64,000 nt of DNA. It comes from Spirochaetia bacterium (GTDB taxonomy: Bacteria > Spirochaetota > Spirochaetia > SP-2023). Below the pieces are notes generated by a model that saw nothing but the letters and a program-made list of their open reading frames with translations, was not told where the DNA came from and ran no database searches. Of the stretch, positions 32,983 to 43,554 are shown piece after piece (within the stretch, counting starts at the first letter, position 1; every line of letters begins with the position of its first letter). The DNA lies in assembly GCA_965225855.1 (NCBI GenBank), contig CBDDCK010000005.1, positions 960,001-1,024,000 on the forward strand, in the 5' to 3' direction. The position numbers were made by a program, and so were the translations under genes.

Positions 32983-33828
32983 GTGATATTGATGCAAGAA
33001 TCATACCTACCACAGCCACTAGAGTATCGCTATTGGTTTGCAGAGTTTGGTCCTAAGCTCGATGTATTGCGGCAAAGTTGTCTATACTTTAGCCCCTATA
33101 TTATCGGCTCTCGAGCCAGTAGAAAATTTTATCAGCAGCTATATGATGATGTTTGGTGCTACCATAATCTGTTGCTAGAGCTAGAGCCGGCTACTTTAGA
33201 ACATTCTATGATGCAATCGTGGCAGTTGCCGTTGGGTTTATTATTTTGCTTGAAAACACAATCGGCCTTAATCGAGCAGTTTTTTATGCAGGGGCTGGCT
33301 TTGCCACAGTGGTATGAAGGCCAATTTATCCCCGATAGGAGCACTGCTTTGGTTTTGGCAGTGTGTACTAATGCGCCCGCGTTGCCCCGCTATAGCCCTG
33401 TGGCTAAACAGTTACTTTTATTCCGCTGCAACGGCCTACGTTGTAGTACGGCAGAACTATTGTTATTTTTGGCCTTTGCACCATTGTCCTCACTATTGGC
33501 GGGCGATATGGGCCCAGGTGGAACAACACAAGGTAAAGCAACATCTGATCAAGTACTTGGTCAAGCTCCTTGCCAGCAGGTTTCCCAGAGCCTTTGGCAG
33601 CAAGCACTTTATCAATTAGATTTATTGTTGTTTGAGCTATACTCTTGTAAGCTATCTGGCCCAGATGTCAACCGCGATATAGCCGAGATTTATATAGAGG
33701 ATTTGCTGCGTCAAAACTACCGCCAAGGCTTACAAAATTTGTGGCGCAAGCATTGGCCGACTATCTGGCTGCACAGCCTTAGAATCACGCAATGCTGCAC
33801 TGTCTTTGTTTTTTTGGGGGGCATCTAA
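32983..33828 (+). CDS. Hypothetical protein
   Basis: 281-codon ORF with no recognised motif; 3' end overlaps the convergent GH5 gene. Confidence 0.55.
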   Translation: MILMQESYLPQPLEYRYWFAEFGPKLDVLRQSCLYFSPYIIGSRASRKFYQQLYDDVWCYHNLLLELEPATLEHSMMQSWQLPLGLLFCLKTQSALIEQFFMQGLALPQWYEGQFIPDRSTALVLAVCTNAPALPRYSPVAKQLLLFRCNGLRCSTAELLLFLAFAPLSSLLAGDMGPGGTTQGKATSDQVLGQAPCQQVSQSLWQQALYQLDLLLFELYSCKLSGPDVNRDIAEIYIEDLLRQNYRQGLQNLWRKHWPTIWLHSLRITQCCTVFVFLGGI

Positions 33829-34998
33829 CCCGTTTTTGATAACTTGCCATAATGAGTTCTTCTCACGCCCTTTGTACGGCAAGGTTGGTGTTCTACCGGC
33901 CTCTATATCTTGCCAATATTTCCAACCTAGGGGTTTATTCCCTAATTGATAATCGTACCCGTCCCATTCATCTTCGCGGAATGAATAGAATGCCCAGTGA
34001 TATTGTTTAGTATTAAACACAGCTAATAAGTCACGCAGGTAAGTATCGCACCCTTGGTTCATGCGCATACAGCCAAATTCTCCTGCAACGATACGATTGC
34101 TTGGAATATTATGTTTTTCCACCCATTTATAAAACGGGGCAAAATATTTATGCATGGTATCTTTATTCCAAAATACCTTTACATCGCTATCCCCTTGGGA
34201 AATTTCCCCTGGGTATGACAATTTCCATTTTTTACGGAAATTCGCCCCCGATGTAAAACGATATGGTTCATACATGTGGAATTGATACAAAATTTTATCA
34301 TCTTTAATAGGTGTCCAATGCACGAATGTGTTTGGCTGACTGTACCAGCCACTCTCCACCATGATGGGGGTTTGTCTATCCACCACGCGGATTGATTGAA
34401 TAACCAACTCATAGAAGGCCTGTAAATCACGGGCGGTGCCTTTGTATTTATTGGACCAAGTGATGAAACGGGACGCATCGCCCAGGGTGGCTTGTTCGAT
34501 AGAACCTGTTTTAAATTCAGGGTATGGTTCGTTAAAAATGTTGTAGGCAACCACCGTATCCTCGTCTTTAAATTCACGGGCTAGGTCTTGCCACATTTGG
34601 GCAACCATGTTCCAATATTTCTTATCGGTCCACAAACGCATATCATTTTTACCGCCACGCAACTGACGAAACACCGCTCCAGGCAGCGAAATGGGCACTA
34701 ACACCATCTTAATATCGTGCTTTTGAGCATAAGCAACCGCTTGTTTTATCTCGGCTAAATCCTTTGGTATCAACCCAGTGTAATCGGAACTATCGCCCAT
34801 TAAATAGCCGCGTTTCTTGCCCCAGGCGAAACGAACCCATTCAATGCCAGCCTCTGATGCCGCTTGAAACCAGGCCTCTTTGGGGGCATGTTTGTTAAAG
34901 TTATTTGCACCACGGCGCTGGATATCCCAGTAATCGATCTGGCCTACCAACGATAAGGAGGGGATAAAAAGCAAAGAGACGATAATAAAAATACGCAT
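33730..34998 (-). CDS. Secreted glycoside hydrolase family 5
   Basis: GGAG RBS; signal peptide; YNIFNEP (acid/base), FHMYEP and AGEFG (nucleophile). Confidence 0.88.
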   Translation of the reverse strand: MRIFIIVSLLFIPSLSLVGQIDYWDIQRRGANNFNKHAPKEAWFQAASEAGIEWVRFAWGKKRGYLMGDSSDYTGLIPKDLAEIKQAVAYAQKHDIKMVLVPISLPGAVFRQLRGGKNDMRLWTDKKYWNMVAQMWQDLAREFKDEDTVVAYNIFNEPYPEFKTGSIEQATLGDASRFITWSNKYKGTARDLQAFYELVIQSIRVVDRQTPIMVESGWYSQPNTFVHWTPIKDDKILYQFHMYEPYRFTSGANFRKKWKLSYPGEISQGDSDVKVFWNKDTMHKYFAPFYKWVEKHNIPSNRIVAGEFGCMRMNQGCDTYLRDLLAVFNTKQYHWAFYSFREDEWDGYDYQLGNKPLGWKYWQDIEAGRTPTLPYKGREKNSLWQVIKNGLDAPQKNKDSAALRDSKAVQPDSRPMLAPQIL

Positions 34999-35299
34999 AA
35001 ATTCACTCCAAAAATGCGATAAAATATCTATTTTTAGCTTATACCATAAACAGAAAAGCGGAGGGCTAGCATAGGTGATTTTATTGGTTCTGCCTACCTA
35101 AAAAGCGAATATTACAGAAAAAACAAGCGCTAAGCCATGCTTCTATGGGAGATAGTTGGGCCGAGATTAGGAGATAATCCATGTAAAAATAGCTAAGGAT
35201 TATTGCGAGAATAGCCGATAAGTAGTCCGAGATTGCACAATATAACAATTGCCCATAAGCATAAGCAAAACCGCAAACAATACATAAACCGGTACCACC

Positions 35300-36388
35300 A
35301 TGGATATAGAAGAAGGAATAGACTACTGGGAACGCGGTTGGAATCATCAACAACAGGGCCACCTAACGCAAGCCTTGGCCGACTATCAGCGTGCTTTGGC
35401 CCTAGAACCACGCAATGCCGCACTTTACTACAACCGTGCCAATCTGTACAAAAAGCAGCACAAATGGGCCGAGTCTTTAGCGGACTACGACCAAGCCATT
35501 GCGCTAGAGCCCGACTATGTAGAGGCCTACAACAACCGCGCCAACCTATATGAAGATTTGGCAAAGTGGCCTCAAGCGCTGCAAGATTATAACACCGCCA
35601 TCGGCTTACAGCCGGACGATGCCGGACTGTACTATAATCGCGGCTATTTATACGCCAAACAAGGCGAGCGCTCTAAGGCTTTGGCCGACTACAGTCAGGC
35701 GATTGAGCTAGAGCCCAAGCACGTAGATGCCTACAACAATCGTGCGGTTTTGTACCAAGAACAAGGCCAATACACCGCAGCTTTGGCCGATTACAACCGC
35801 GCGATCGCCCTAGAACCAACGGCCGAATTATACCACAACCGCGGTTTGTTGTATGACGAACAAGGCCAATACACCGAGGCTTTGGCCGACTACAACCATG
35901 TGATCGCCCTAGATGCCAACTATGCCGCGCCATATATCCACCGCGGCAATGTCTATCAAGAACAGGGCAAACACGCCCAAGCCTTGGCCGACTATGACCG
36001 CGCCATTGCCTTAGACGACCAAGAACCGCTGGCTTATTACAACCGCGCCTTGCTATATGAGGAGCTGGAAAAGCGGGCGCAGGCGCTGCAAGACTATAAC
36101 ACCGCCATCGGCTTACAGCCCGATGAGCCCAACCTATACTGCCATCGCGGGCTTTTATATGCCAAGCAAGGCCAAGCACAAGCAGCTTTGGCCGACTATA
36201 ACACCGCTATTGCGCTACAGGCTAACCACGTTTTAGCCCTCTTAAACCGCAGTATATTGCATGCGCAACAAGGCAGATATGAACCGGCTTTGGCCGATAA
36301 TCGCCGGGTAAAACAGCTAGACCCAAGCGTTCCCCATATAGATAAATGGGCGCAACAGTACCAAACTAAGCTAGGCAAAAATGCATAG
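35300..36388 (+). CDS. Tetratricopeptide repeat protein (10 TPRs)
   Basis: Ten A(L)xDYxxAIxLxP / YxNRG units; visibly more GC-rich than the flanks. Confidence 0.92.
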   Translation: MDIEEGIDYWERGWNHQQQGHLTQALADYQRALALEPRNAALYYNRANLYKKQHKWAESLADYDQAIALEPDYVEAYNNRANLYEDLAKWPQALQDYNTAIGLQPDDAGLYYNRGYLYAKQGERSKALADYSQAIELEPKHVDAYNNRAVLYQEQGQYTAALADYNRAIALEPTAELYHNRGLLYDEQGQYTEALADYNHVIALDANYAAPYIHRGNVYQEQGKHAQALADYDRAIALDDQEPLAYYNRALLYEELEKRAQALQDYNTAIGLQPDEPNLYCHRGLLYAKQGQAQAALADYNTAIALQANHVLALLNRSILHAQQGRYEPALADNRRVKQLDPSVPHIDKWAQQYQTKLGKNA

Positions 36389-36592
36389 ACAGAATGATTC
36401 TAGCAGGTAGAAAGCCTATTTTTAATGCATTAGCTACAATTTTATAGCAAATAAACAATCTATTTATAGTGTTGGATACCATTGATATAGCAAAGAGTGG
36501 GTTTGTTTTTCACCTATAATTCATATATCTATAGTAGGTAGGAAAAGCGATATATTGTTATTTAGAGTTGCAAATTTGTTCAAGAAAATATT

Positions 36593-36937
36593 TCATCTAA
36601 AACCTCGCAAACGCTCTTGAACTGCCATTTGCAAGCGCAAACTATGGTCAGCATGGAAGCGAAAAATAGGTATTTTACGCAAGTGCAATTTTGAAGCCAA
36701 CTTGCGCCGAATAAAACCGGCTGCCGAATTTAAACCTTCAGCACCTTTTACACTGCGCTCTGCACTTTGAAATGATGAAACGCAAATATCAGTGTAGGCC
36801 CCGTCTTTACTCACTTTGACAGATGTTACACTGAGGTCAGCACCAACTCGATGATCTTTAATTTCTCTTTTAGTAATTAATTGGCTCAATAAATGCAAAA
36901 GTAAACTTTCCAGTTTTGAACGGCGCAACTCATTCAT
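36593..36937 (-). CDS. rbfA: Ribosome-binding factor A
   Basis: IKDHRV, VKVSKD, LNSAAGFIR and LRKIP.FRF..D; follows infB. Confidence 0.93.
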   Translation of the reverse strand: MNELRRSKLESLLLHLLSQLITKREIKDHRVGADLSVTSVKVSKDGAYTDICVSSFQSAERSVKGAEGLNSAAGFIRRKLASKLHLRKIPIFRFHADHSLRLQMAVQERLRGFR

Positions 36938-36940
36938 AAA

Positions 36941-39397
36941 CTACTCCGATACTTTTAGTTTTTTGGTAATTTCGCGCTCTTCTACTACCTCAAAACGATC
37001 GCCTTCTTTTATATCACTGAAGCTGGCCAAAGTAATACCACATTCAAAACCTTCTCGAACTTGGCGTGCATCATTTTTAAAACGTCTTAGACTAGCTAGC
37101 TGACCAAAGTGGATTTCCACGTCATCACGAAATACACGTACCAAACTTCGGCGGGTAATTTCACCTTTCACCACCATACAACCCGCAATAGTACCCACTT
37201 GTGAATTGCGGAATATCGTGCGAACCTCAACCTCACCAATAATATGTTCTTGTTTATCTGGTGAGAGCATACCTTCCATAGCTGTGCGAATATCATCAAC
37301 TACGTCATAAATAATGCTATATTTGCGAATATCTACTTTTTCTTGCTCCGCCAAAGCCTGAGCTTTAAACGTTGGACGCACATGAAACCCGATGATAATC
37401 GCATTCGATGCCGAAGCTAAGGTTACATCGCTTTCGATAATTGCACCTGCAGCCGAATGAATACAGTTTAAACGAATTTCTTCATTGCTCAATTTTTCCA
37501 AAATCTGCTGTACCGCTTCCACTGAACCATAGACATCTCCTTTGATAATCACCTTGAGCTCTTGGATATTTTGATCTCGGATATGATCGTAGAGATTATC
37601 TAAGGTCAGCTTGATTCTTTGGCTGGCTTCTTGCCGTTTTAATTCTTGCCGTTTCTTTCCATACTGGCGAGCCAATTTCTCGTTTTCGGTTGCTTGAAAT
37701 GGTTCGCCAGAAAGCGGGGCACCTGATAAGCCGATAATTTCCACCGGAGTAGAAGGTGTGGCATGCTCAAGTCGTTCGCCATATTCGTTAAACATAGCAC
37801 GCACTTTGCCCGAGTATATCCCTGCAACATAGGCATCACCGATATTTAAAGTACCGCGCTCAATTAAAACGGTAGCCACAATACCACGGCCCTGATCGAC
37901 TCTGGCTTCGATCACCTTGCCTTCAGACCGGCCTTTTACTGGAGCTGTCAATTGCAAAATTTCTGTTTCCAAAATAATGGTTTCGAGAAGTTCTGGCAAA
38001 CCTTCCTTGGTGAATGCAGAAACTTGAACATAAGAAGTTTGCCCTCCCCAATCCGAAGGTATTAAATCATGTTCAGAAAGCTGCTGCTTAACCCTATCTG
38101 GATTGGCTGCAACTAAATCCGATTTTGTCAAAGCCACGACAATCGGCACTTTACTTTCTTTTGCGTGGTGTATTGCTTCAATTGTCTGTGGCATAACACC
38201 TTCATCAGCGGCCACAATCAAAACAATTAAATCGGTAATCTGGGCACCACGGGCTCGCATCATGGTAAAAGCAGCATGCCCTGGCGTATCCAAAAAAGTA
38301 ATGGTATCATTACTATCGGGAAGATGCACCTGGTAAGCCCCAATGTGCTGGGTAATGCCACCGTGCTCACCGTGAGCTATTTCAGAATCACGCAAAGCAT
38401 CAAGCAAGCTGGTTTTACCGTGGTCGACATGCCCCATAATGGTAACGACCGGCGCTCTTTTGATGTAGTCTACATCTTCAACATGCTCAGACTCAATCAA
38501 CGTTTCTTCGTAAAGCGAAACAACGTTGACTTTACACTTAAACTCTTGGGTCACAACGCTAGCCATATCTGAATCGATCGACTGGTTAATACTGGTCATT
38601 GCACCATGCTTCATCAACCGAGCAATAATATCTGATGCTTTTAAATTCATTTTACGGGCCAATTCGGAAACCGTAATCGAATCCATAATAGAGATTTCTC
38701 TGGGCACAACATCAGTAGTTGCATAAGATTTTTTCTTTTTGACTTGACTAGAAAAATGCGCCAAATCCTCGCGGCGGTCTAATTTCTCACGTACTTTGTT
38801 GCTGCGTCTATTATCATTGCCACCCCGACTTTTTTGGTTGCCAGAACTAGGTGGAGGAGGAGTTACTGTAATCTTTGCTGCTGTTACCGATTTATTCAAA
38901 TTTTTATTCGTATCTACATTGTTATTCCCAACAGGCCGCCTCTGTGGTGGTCTCTTATTATTTTTTGTAGCAGCACTAGAATTATGATTGGACACCCCCC
39001 GCCCACGCTCACCGGCAGTACGCTTACGTGGAGGCCGAATAACTTCAAACTGTACCGAAGGCTGGGCTTTGCGGCGAGCTTCATGTAACCTTTGTTCCAT
39101 TTGTTCAAGGGTCAATGGATTGTGCTCTAATGGCTTATTACTTTTAGCACGTGGCAAAGACGCCGAATGAGTGCGCGATTTTACAGCGGCGTTTTTTCTA
39201 TTGGTAGGCCTCCCCGGCCCTTTGTCTTTTACTTCATTCTCATGTTTTTTGATCGCAACTTTGCGTACAACTTTGCGCACAATCTTTTTCCCCAGCGCCT
39301 CGTTTGTATGCGGATTTTTATTAGCTGATACATACTTTTTCTTTACAAGAGTAGTAGGGCCCGTCTTTTTTACAATTTTTTTGTTGTCTTCTGCCAT
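36941..39397 (-). CDS. infB: Translation initiation factor IF-2
   Basis: PVVTIMGHVDHGKTSLLD, GGITQHIGAY, DTPGHAAF and GFECGI. Confidence 0.98.
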   Translation of the reverse strand: MAEDNKKIVKKTGPTTLVKKKYVSANKNPHTNEALGKKIVRKVVRKVAIKKHENEVKDKGPGRPTNRKNAAVKSRTHSASLPRAKSNKPLEHNPLTLEQMEQRLHEARRKAQPSVQFEVIRPPRKRTAGERGRGVSNHNSSAATKNNKRPPQRRPVGNNNVDTNKNLNKSVTAAKITVTPPPPSSGNQKSRGGNDNRRSNKVREKLDRREDLAHFSSQVKKKKSYATTDVVPREISIMDSITVSELARKMNLKASDIIARLMKHGAMTSINQSIDSDMASVVTQEFKCKVNVVSLYEETLIESEHVEDVDYIKRAPVVTIMGHVDHGKTSLLDALRDSEIAHGEHGGITQHIGAYQVHLPDSNDTITFLDTPGHAAFTMMRARGAQITDLIVLIVAADEGVMPQTIEAIHHAKESKVPIVVALTKSDLVAANPDRVKQQLSEHDLIPSDWGGQTSYVQVSAFTKEGLPELLETIILETEILQLTAPVKGRSEGKVIEARVDQGRGIVATVLIERGTLNIGDAYVAGIYSGKVRAMFNEYGERLEHATPSTPVEIIGLSGAPLSGEPFQATENEKLARQYGKKRQELKRQEASQRIKLTLDNLYDHIRDQNIQELKVIIKGDVYGSVEAVQQILEKLSNEEIRLNCIHSAAGAIIESDVTLASASNAIIIGFHVRPTFKAQALAEQEKVDIRKYSIIYDVVDDIRTAMEGMLSPDKQEHIIGEVEVRTIFRNSQVGTIAGCMVVKGEITRRSLVRVFRDDVEIHFGQLASLRRFKNDARQVREGFECGITLASFSDIKEGDRFEVVEEREITKKLKVSE

Positions 39398-39460
39398 GTT
39401 TGCCTTCTGTTGTTATCCTCTCATTGATCTGTGACAAAAAATTTGTGCCGTAAGCTCTAT

Positions 39461-40894
39461 TTACTCTTCTGACTCTTCTTCAAAACTCAAACCAACATGG
39501 CAGTTGGGGCACTCTGCCATCATTACATCTATTTCATGAGTGCATTCAGGGCATTGATAAACAATTATCTCTGCATCATCTGGCGCAACATAAGAATCAA
39601 TAGCATCGGCATTAATGTCAATAATCTCCTGAATGGCTTCAATGATTTGTGAAGACTCAGAAACAAATATTTTTTCTATATCATTTAAAGAAAGACCTTG
39701 TAGATGCTCAATACCTTTAATATCTTTGGTTTCCAGTATGGCCATCAATTCTTCTGTAACACCTTCCAAGTCTTCTAGCTTTTGAACTAACTCAAAATCA
39801 TTGAACAACTCTGTAGCAAAATCTTCGGTATCTTGTTCTAAAGCCGCCATACCAGCAAACTGTTCTTGAGTTTTCACATCAATACTCCAGCCAACTAAAC
39901 GGCTAGCCAAACGAATATTGACCCCTTGTTTACCGATAGCCAATGACAACTGCTCAGCAGGAACCACAACCAAAGCCGTTTTGCGCCGTTGATTCAAAAC
40001 ATGCACTTGCTCCACTTGAGCCGGGACCAGGGCATTTTTGATAAACGCAATCAGATTACTATCATAGCGCAAAATATCAATTTTTTCGCCTTCCAATTCA
40101 CGGATAACATTTTGAATCCGAACACCTTTGACTCCCACACAAGCACCAACAGGATCAATATCATCACGGTAGGAATACACTGCCATTTTTGTACGGGAGC
40201 CCGCATCGCGAACCACTTTATAAATATCTACCGTACCATCATAAATTTCAGAAACTTCAATTTCAAACAATTTGCGCACCAACTCTGGGCTACTGCGCGA
40301 AAGCACAATTTGCAAGCCCTGGCTATGACGGCGCACATTTTCAATCAACACTTTAATTCGATCGCCGGGCCGATAAATTTCACGAGCCGATTGATAACGC
40401 TTGGGCAAAACCCCTTCGGCTTTACCTAAATCAATATAGATATTGCCATTGCGCTCACGCTGATTGTAACCAATAATTAGCTCACCCAATTTATCTTTAA
40501 ATTCCGAAGATAGCGTATCTTTTTGAATTTCCCGCAATCCTTGGCGATTGCGCTGTTTGGCATTGTAGACAGCAACTCGGTCAAAATCATTTTTTAAATC
40601 CAACTCAAACAACAACTCATCACCCAGCTCAGCGTCATTATTATGTTCTTGCGCTTCCGAAAGTGTCACTTCTAGCACGGGATCATCTAATTCCTCATTA
40701 TCGACAATGCGTTTTTGGGCATAAAGAGATACACCTGAATAATCCTCGTGAAAGTGAACTACAGCATTTTCATCGGTACCAAAGCGCTTTTTGTATGCAG
40801 CTTTCAAAAAATTCTCAATATTTTTCAGCACGAGTTCTTCTGAAATATTTTTCTCATGCTGAATCAAACGGATATTCTCTAAAAAATCATTCAT
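39461..40894 (-). CDS. nusA: Transcription factor NusA with a C-terminal zinc-ribbon-like tail
   Basis: S1 and KH domains, DPVGACVG.KGVRI, LSLAIGKQGVNIRLA; tail CPEC..CPNC. Confidence 0.97.
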   Translation of the reverse strand: MNDFLENIRLIQHEKNISEELVLKNIENFLKAAYKKRFGTDENAVVHFHEDYSGVSLYAQKRIVDNEELDDPVLEVTLSEAQEHNNDAELGDELLFELDLKNDFDRVAVYNAKQRNRQGLREIQKDTLSSEFKDKLGELIIGYNQRERNGNIYIDLGKAEGVLPKRYQSAREIYRPGDRIKVLIENVRRHSQGLQIVLSRSSPELVRKLFEIEVSEIYDGTVDIYKVVRDAGSRTKMAVYSYRDDIDPVGACVGVKGVRIQNVIRELEGEKIDILRYDSNLIAFIKNALVPAQVEQVHVLNQRRKTALVVVPAEQLSLAIGKQGVNIRLASRLVGWSIDVKTQEQFAGMAALEQDTEDFATELFNDFELVQKLEDLEGVTEELMAILETKDIKGIEHLQGLSLNDIEKIFVSESSQIIEAIQEIIDINADAIDSYVAPDDAEIIVYQCPECTHEIDVMMAECPNCHVGLSFEEESEE

Positions 40895-40976
40895 AATAGC
40901 TCCTTTAACTTTTAACTTTCAGGTGAACAATCCGCCTGTTTTCATATGCAAATAGAAGCGTTAAATAATTCGTATA

Positions 40977-41303
40977 TTAAACTTTTAGCAATTGCTCCAA
41001 AGAGAAAACACGTATACTCGTAGCAATTGCCAAAGATAACTCAAGATTCCCTGTGTCATAGTGCGTTAGGCCCAAAAGTACACCATTGTGCCAACAGCTA
41101 TTTTCCAGACAACGAACTGGCTGACCTCGGAAAATTTGAAATTCTCTACGGCTAGGCAAACATCGACCCAAACCCGACGATGACAGCTCCAAGCTATAGT
41201 CTTTATGGCAAGAGATTTCGACGCCACTGGCCTGTAAACTCTCAATTTTCACATCGGCAATTTTATGTTGAATTTTGGTTTGAGTTTTCTCTTTCAACCT
41301 CAT
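40977..41303 (-). CDS. rimP: Ribosome maturation factor RimP-like, short and divergent
   Basis: DYSLELSSSGLGRCL..EF..F.G.PV motif; immediately upstream of nusA. Confidence 0.65.
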   Translation of the reverse strand: MRLKEKTQTKIQHKIADVKIESLQASGVEISCHKDYSLELSSSGLGRCLPSRREFQIFRGQPVRCLENSCWHNGVLLGLTHYDTGNLELSLAIATSIRVFSLEQLLKV

Positions 41304-41404
41304 TGAATAGCCACTTCTCCATAGTGCGGTCTTAATTTATATTTATCCTAGCAGATAAATATATAACGCAGGTAAGAACACACAAAAAATGCTCTTGATT
41401 GTAT

Positions 41405-41430
41405 AAAAAAAAGAGTCGCTTCCGACTCTT
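41405..41430 (-). terminator. Leader terminator/attenuator of the rimP-nusA-infB operon
   Basis: Minus strand AAGAGTCG-GAAG-CGACTCTT followed by a T run, between the promoter and rimP. Confidence 0.7.
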
Positions 41431-41463
41431 CTGAAAAAACACATATCAGAAAAACTTTATTAG

Positions 41464-41491
41464 ATTATACAATTATTGGAAATATAGTCAA
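41464..41491 (-). promoter_or_regulatory. Sigma70 promoter of the rimP operon
   Basis: Minus strand TTGACT-16nt-TATAAT. Confidence 0.7.
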
Positions 41492-41651
41492 GTATTTAAA
41501 CAAGTTTAAAGAGAATAATTGAAAACGCTACGACCATTCATCGCTAGTTTTTATGATAATTTTAACTATATATCAATATTTATGCTTGCCATTGTAGCCG
41601 ATAACAGCCATGATAACGGGCCATGAAATTTATTTTAGGAGGATTGCCTTA

Positions 41652-42653
41652 ATGATACAAGTCGCTTTTTTTGATAGCAAAAATTATGATGTAATAACTT
41701 TTAATAAAAAAATTAAAGAGCTGGGCCTAGAACAAGAGCTGCATATTGAATACTACGAAGTTCGCCTATCAGCTCAAACAGCAAATATTCTCACAGAAGA
41801 TACCGATGTAATTTGCTCTTTTGTCAATGATAAAATTGATGATCAAGTAGTACAGATTCTAAAACGTTGCAATATTAAGCTAATAGCCTTACGCTGTGCG
41901 GGTTTTAACCACGTAGATTTTACCAGCTTAAAAGACCTTCCGGTAGTCAGGGTCCCAGCATATTCACCTCATGCGGTTGCTGAACACGCTTTAAGCCTAA
42001 TGTGCACGCTAAATCGCAAAATTCATAAAGCCTACTACCGCGTGCGAGATGGCAATTTTTCCATTCAGGGCTTGGTTGGTTTTGATTTTTATCAAAAAAC
42101 TGCAGGCATTATCGGTACAGGGAAAATTGGGAAAGCCATGGTTCAAATTCTCAAAGGTCTAGGCATGAATATTTTAGCTTACGATTTATTCCCAAATAGC
42201 GAGTTAAAAGATGTCGAGTACTGTAGTATTGCAGAATTATGCCGCCGTAGCGATGTTATCAGCCTACATTGCCCTTTAACTCCAGACACAGAATATATTA
42301 TCAATTACGATACTTTGGCATTGATGAGGCGCAATGCGATTTTAATCAATACCAGTCGCGGTGCTCTAATCAACACTCAAGATTTAATCTATGCTCTTAA
42401 AAAGGAACGCATCGGCGGAGCGGGTTTAGACGTTTATGAAGAAGAACAGGCTGTATTTTTTGAGGATCACTCCCTGCAAAATCTAAAAGATGAACAGTTG
42501 CTGCGACTATTAAATTTTAACAACGTAGTGCTTACCGCCCATCAAGCTTTCTTGACCACAGAAGCATTGGAAGAAATTGCTTCAACAACGCTAGCCAATA
42601 TTACTAACTATATTCAGCAAGGGTTATTGGAAAACCAAGTTATCCAATCATAA
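41652..42653 (+). CDS. ldhA: NAD-dependent D-lactate (2-hydroxyacid) dehydrogenase
   Basis: AGGAGG RBS; ALRCAGFNHVD, RVPAYSP.AVAEH, GIIGTGKIG, SLHCPL, INTSRG and HQAFLT. Confidence 0.9.
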   Translation: MIQVAFFDSKNYDVITFNKKIKELGLEQELHIEYYEVRLSAQTANILTEDTDVICSFVNDKIDDQVVQILKRCNIKLIALRCAGFNHVDFTSLKDLPVVRVPAYSPHAVAEHALSLMCTLNRKIHKAYYRVRDGNFSIQGLVGFDFYQKTAGIIGTGKIGKAMVQILKGLGMNILAYDLFPNSELKDVEYCSIAELCRRSDVISLHCPLTPDTEYIINYDTLALMRRNAILINTSRGALINTQDLIYALKKERIGGAGLDVYEEEQAVFFEDHSLQNLKDEQLLRLLNFNNVVLTAHQAFLTTEALEEIASTTLANITNYIQQGLLENQVIQS

Positions 42654-42673
42654 TTTATAGCACGATATTTGTT

Positions 42674-42740
42674 AAAATTGAAATTCCCGATTGAGCTGTT
42701 GTAGAATTTAAAAATTCTTATCGCTCCCTAAGCAAAAAGC
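42674..42740 (-). repeat. Diverged 67-bp copy of part of the downstream glycosylase gene (43665-43731)
   Basis: 59/67 identical by manual alignment. Confidence 0.85.
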
Positions 42741-42748
42741 AGATAAAA

Positions 42749-43499
42749 ATGAAAAAAATATTACAAGAGTTGTACATTATTTTTGATCGTCCTACTGCCC
42801 ATAAATATGGCAGGGGCGTTCAATATTTTATCTTTGCCAATATTTTTGTGAGTATTTTGATAATGTTTTTAGAGACGGATCAATCGCTAAAATCCTATAT
42901 ATCTATTTTTGAAAAGATTACTTTTATCACTTCTATTATCTTTTCGATAGAGTATATATTGTGTGTTATTAGTTATCCTCATCATAAAATTAAATTTATT
43001 TTTTCTACTTTTATGCTGATTGATTTAGCCATTTTATTGCTCTTTTCGCTCTCATTTTTTATCGATATAAATTCTTTGATTTTTTTAAGAATGCTTAGGT
43101 ATTTCGTATTTTCAAGCTTTTTAGGGTAGCCAAATTTGTAACATTTGAAAACATTATTTTTGACATTTTCAAAAGAAGAAAAGAGGAGTTTTTATATATC
43201 TTGAGTGGTTTAATGATTTTGTTGTTGATCATAACACCGCTGGTCTATTTGCAGAATACAAGGCTCAACCAGAAGTCTTTTCGGATATGGCGATGACGCT
43301 ATGGTGGGCTGTCGTAACCTTTACAACGGTCGGCTATGGGGATATGTATCCTATTACCACAATCGGGCGTATTTTGACGGCGATTGTGAGTTTTTTGGGC
43401 ATAGCCCTTTATGCTATTCCGGGGAGCATTTTTACCTCTGAATTGTTAGATAAAATAAAGGAGCGAAAAATGGAAGATGATCAAAACTCAAAACAGTGA
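42749..43499 (+). pseudogene. Voltage-gated potassium channel / ion transporter with two frameshifts
   Basis: S4-like LRMLR.FRIFKLFRVAK is restored by a frameshift near 43100; a second shift near 43250 restores AEYKAQPEVF and the pore WWAVVTFTTVGYGD. Confidence 0.85.
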
Positions 43500-43554
43500 T
43501 TCAATCATAATTTATAGCCTGATGTTCGTTTACCAATTTTTTTCATAAAAAGGG

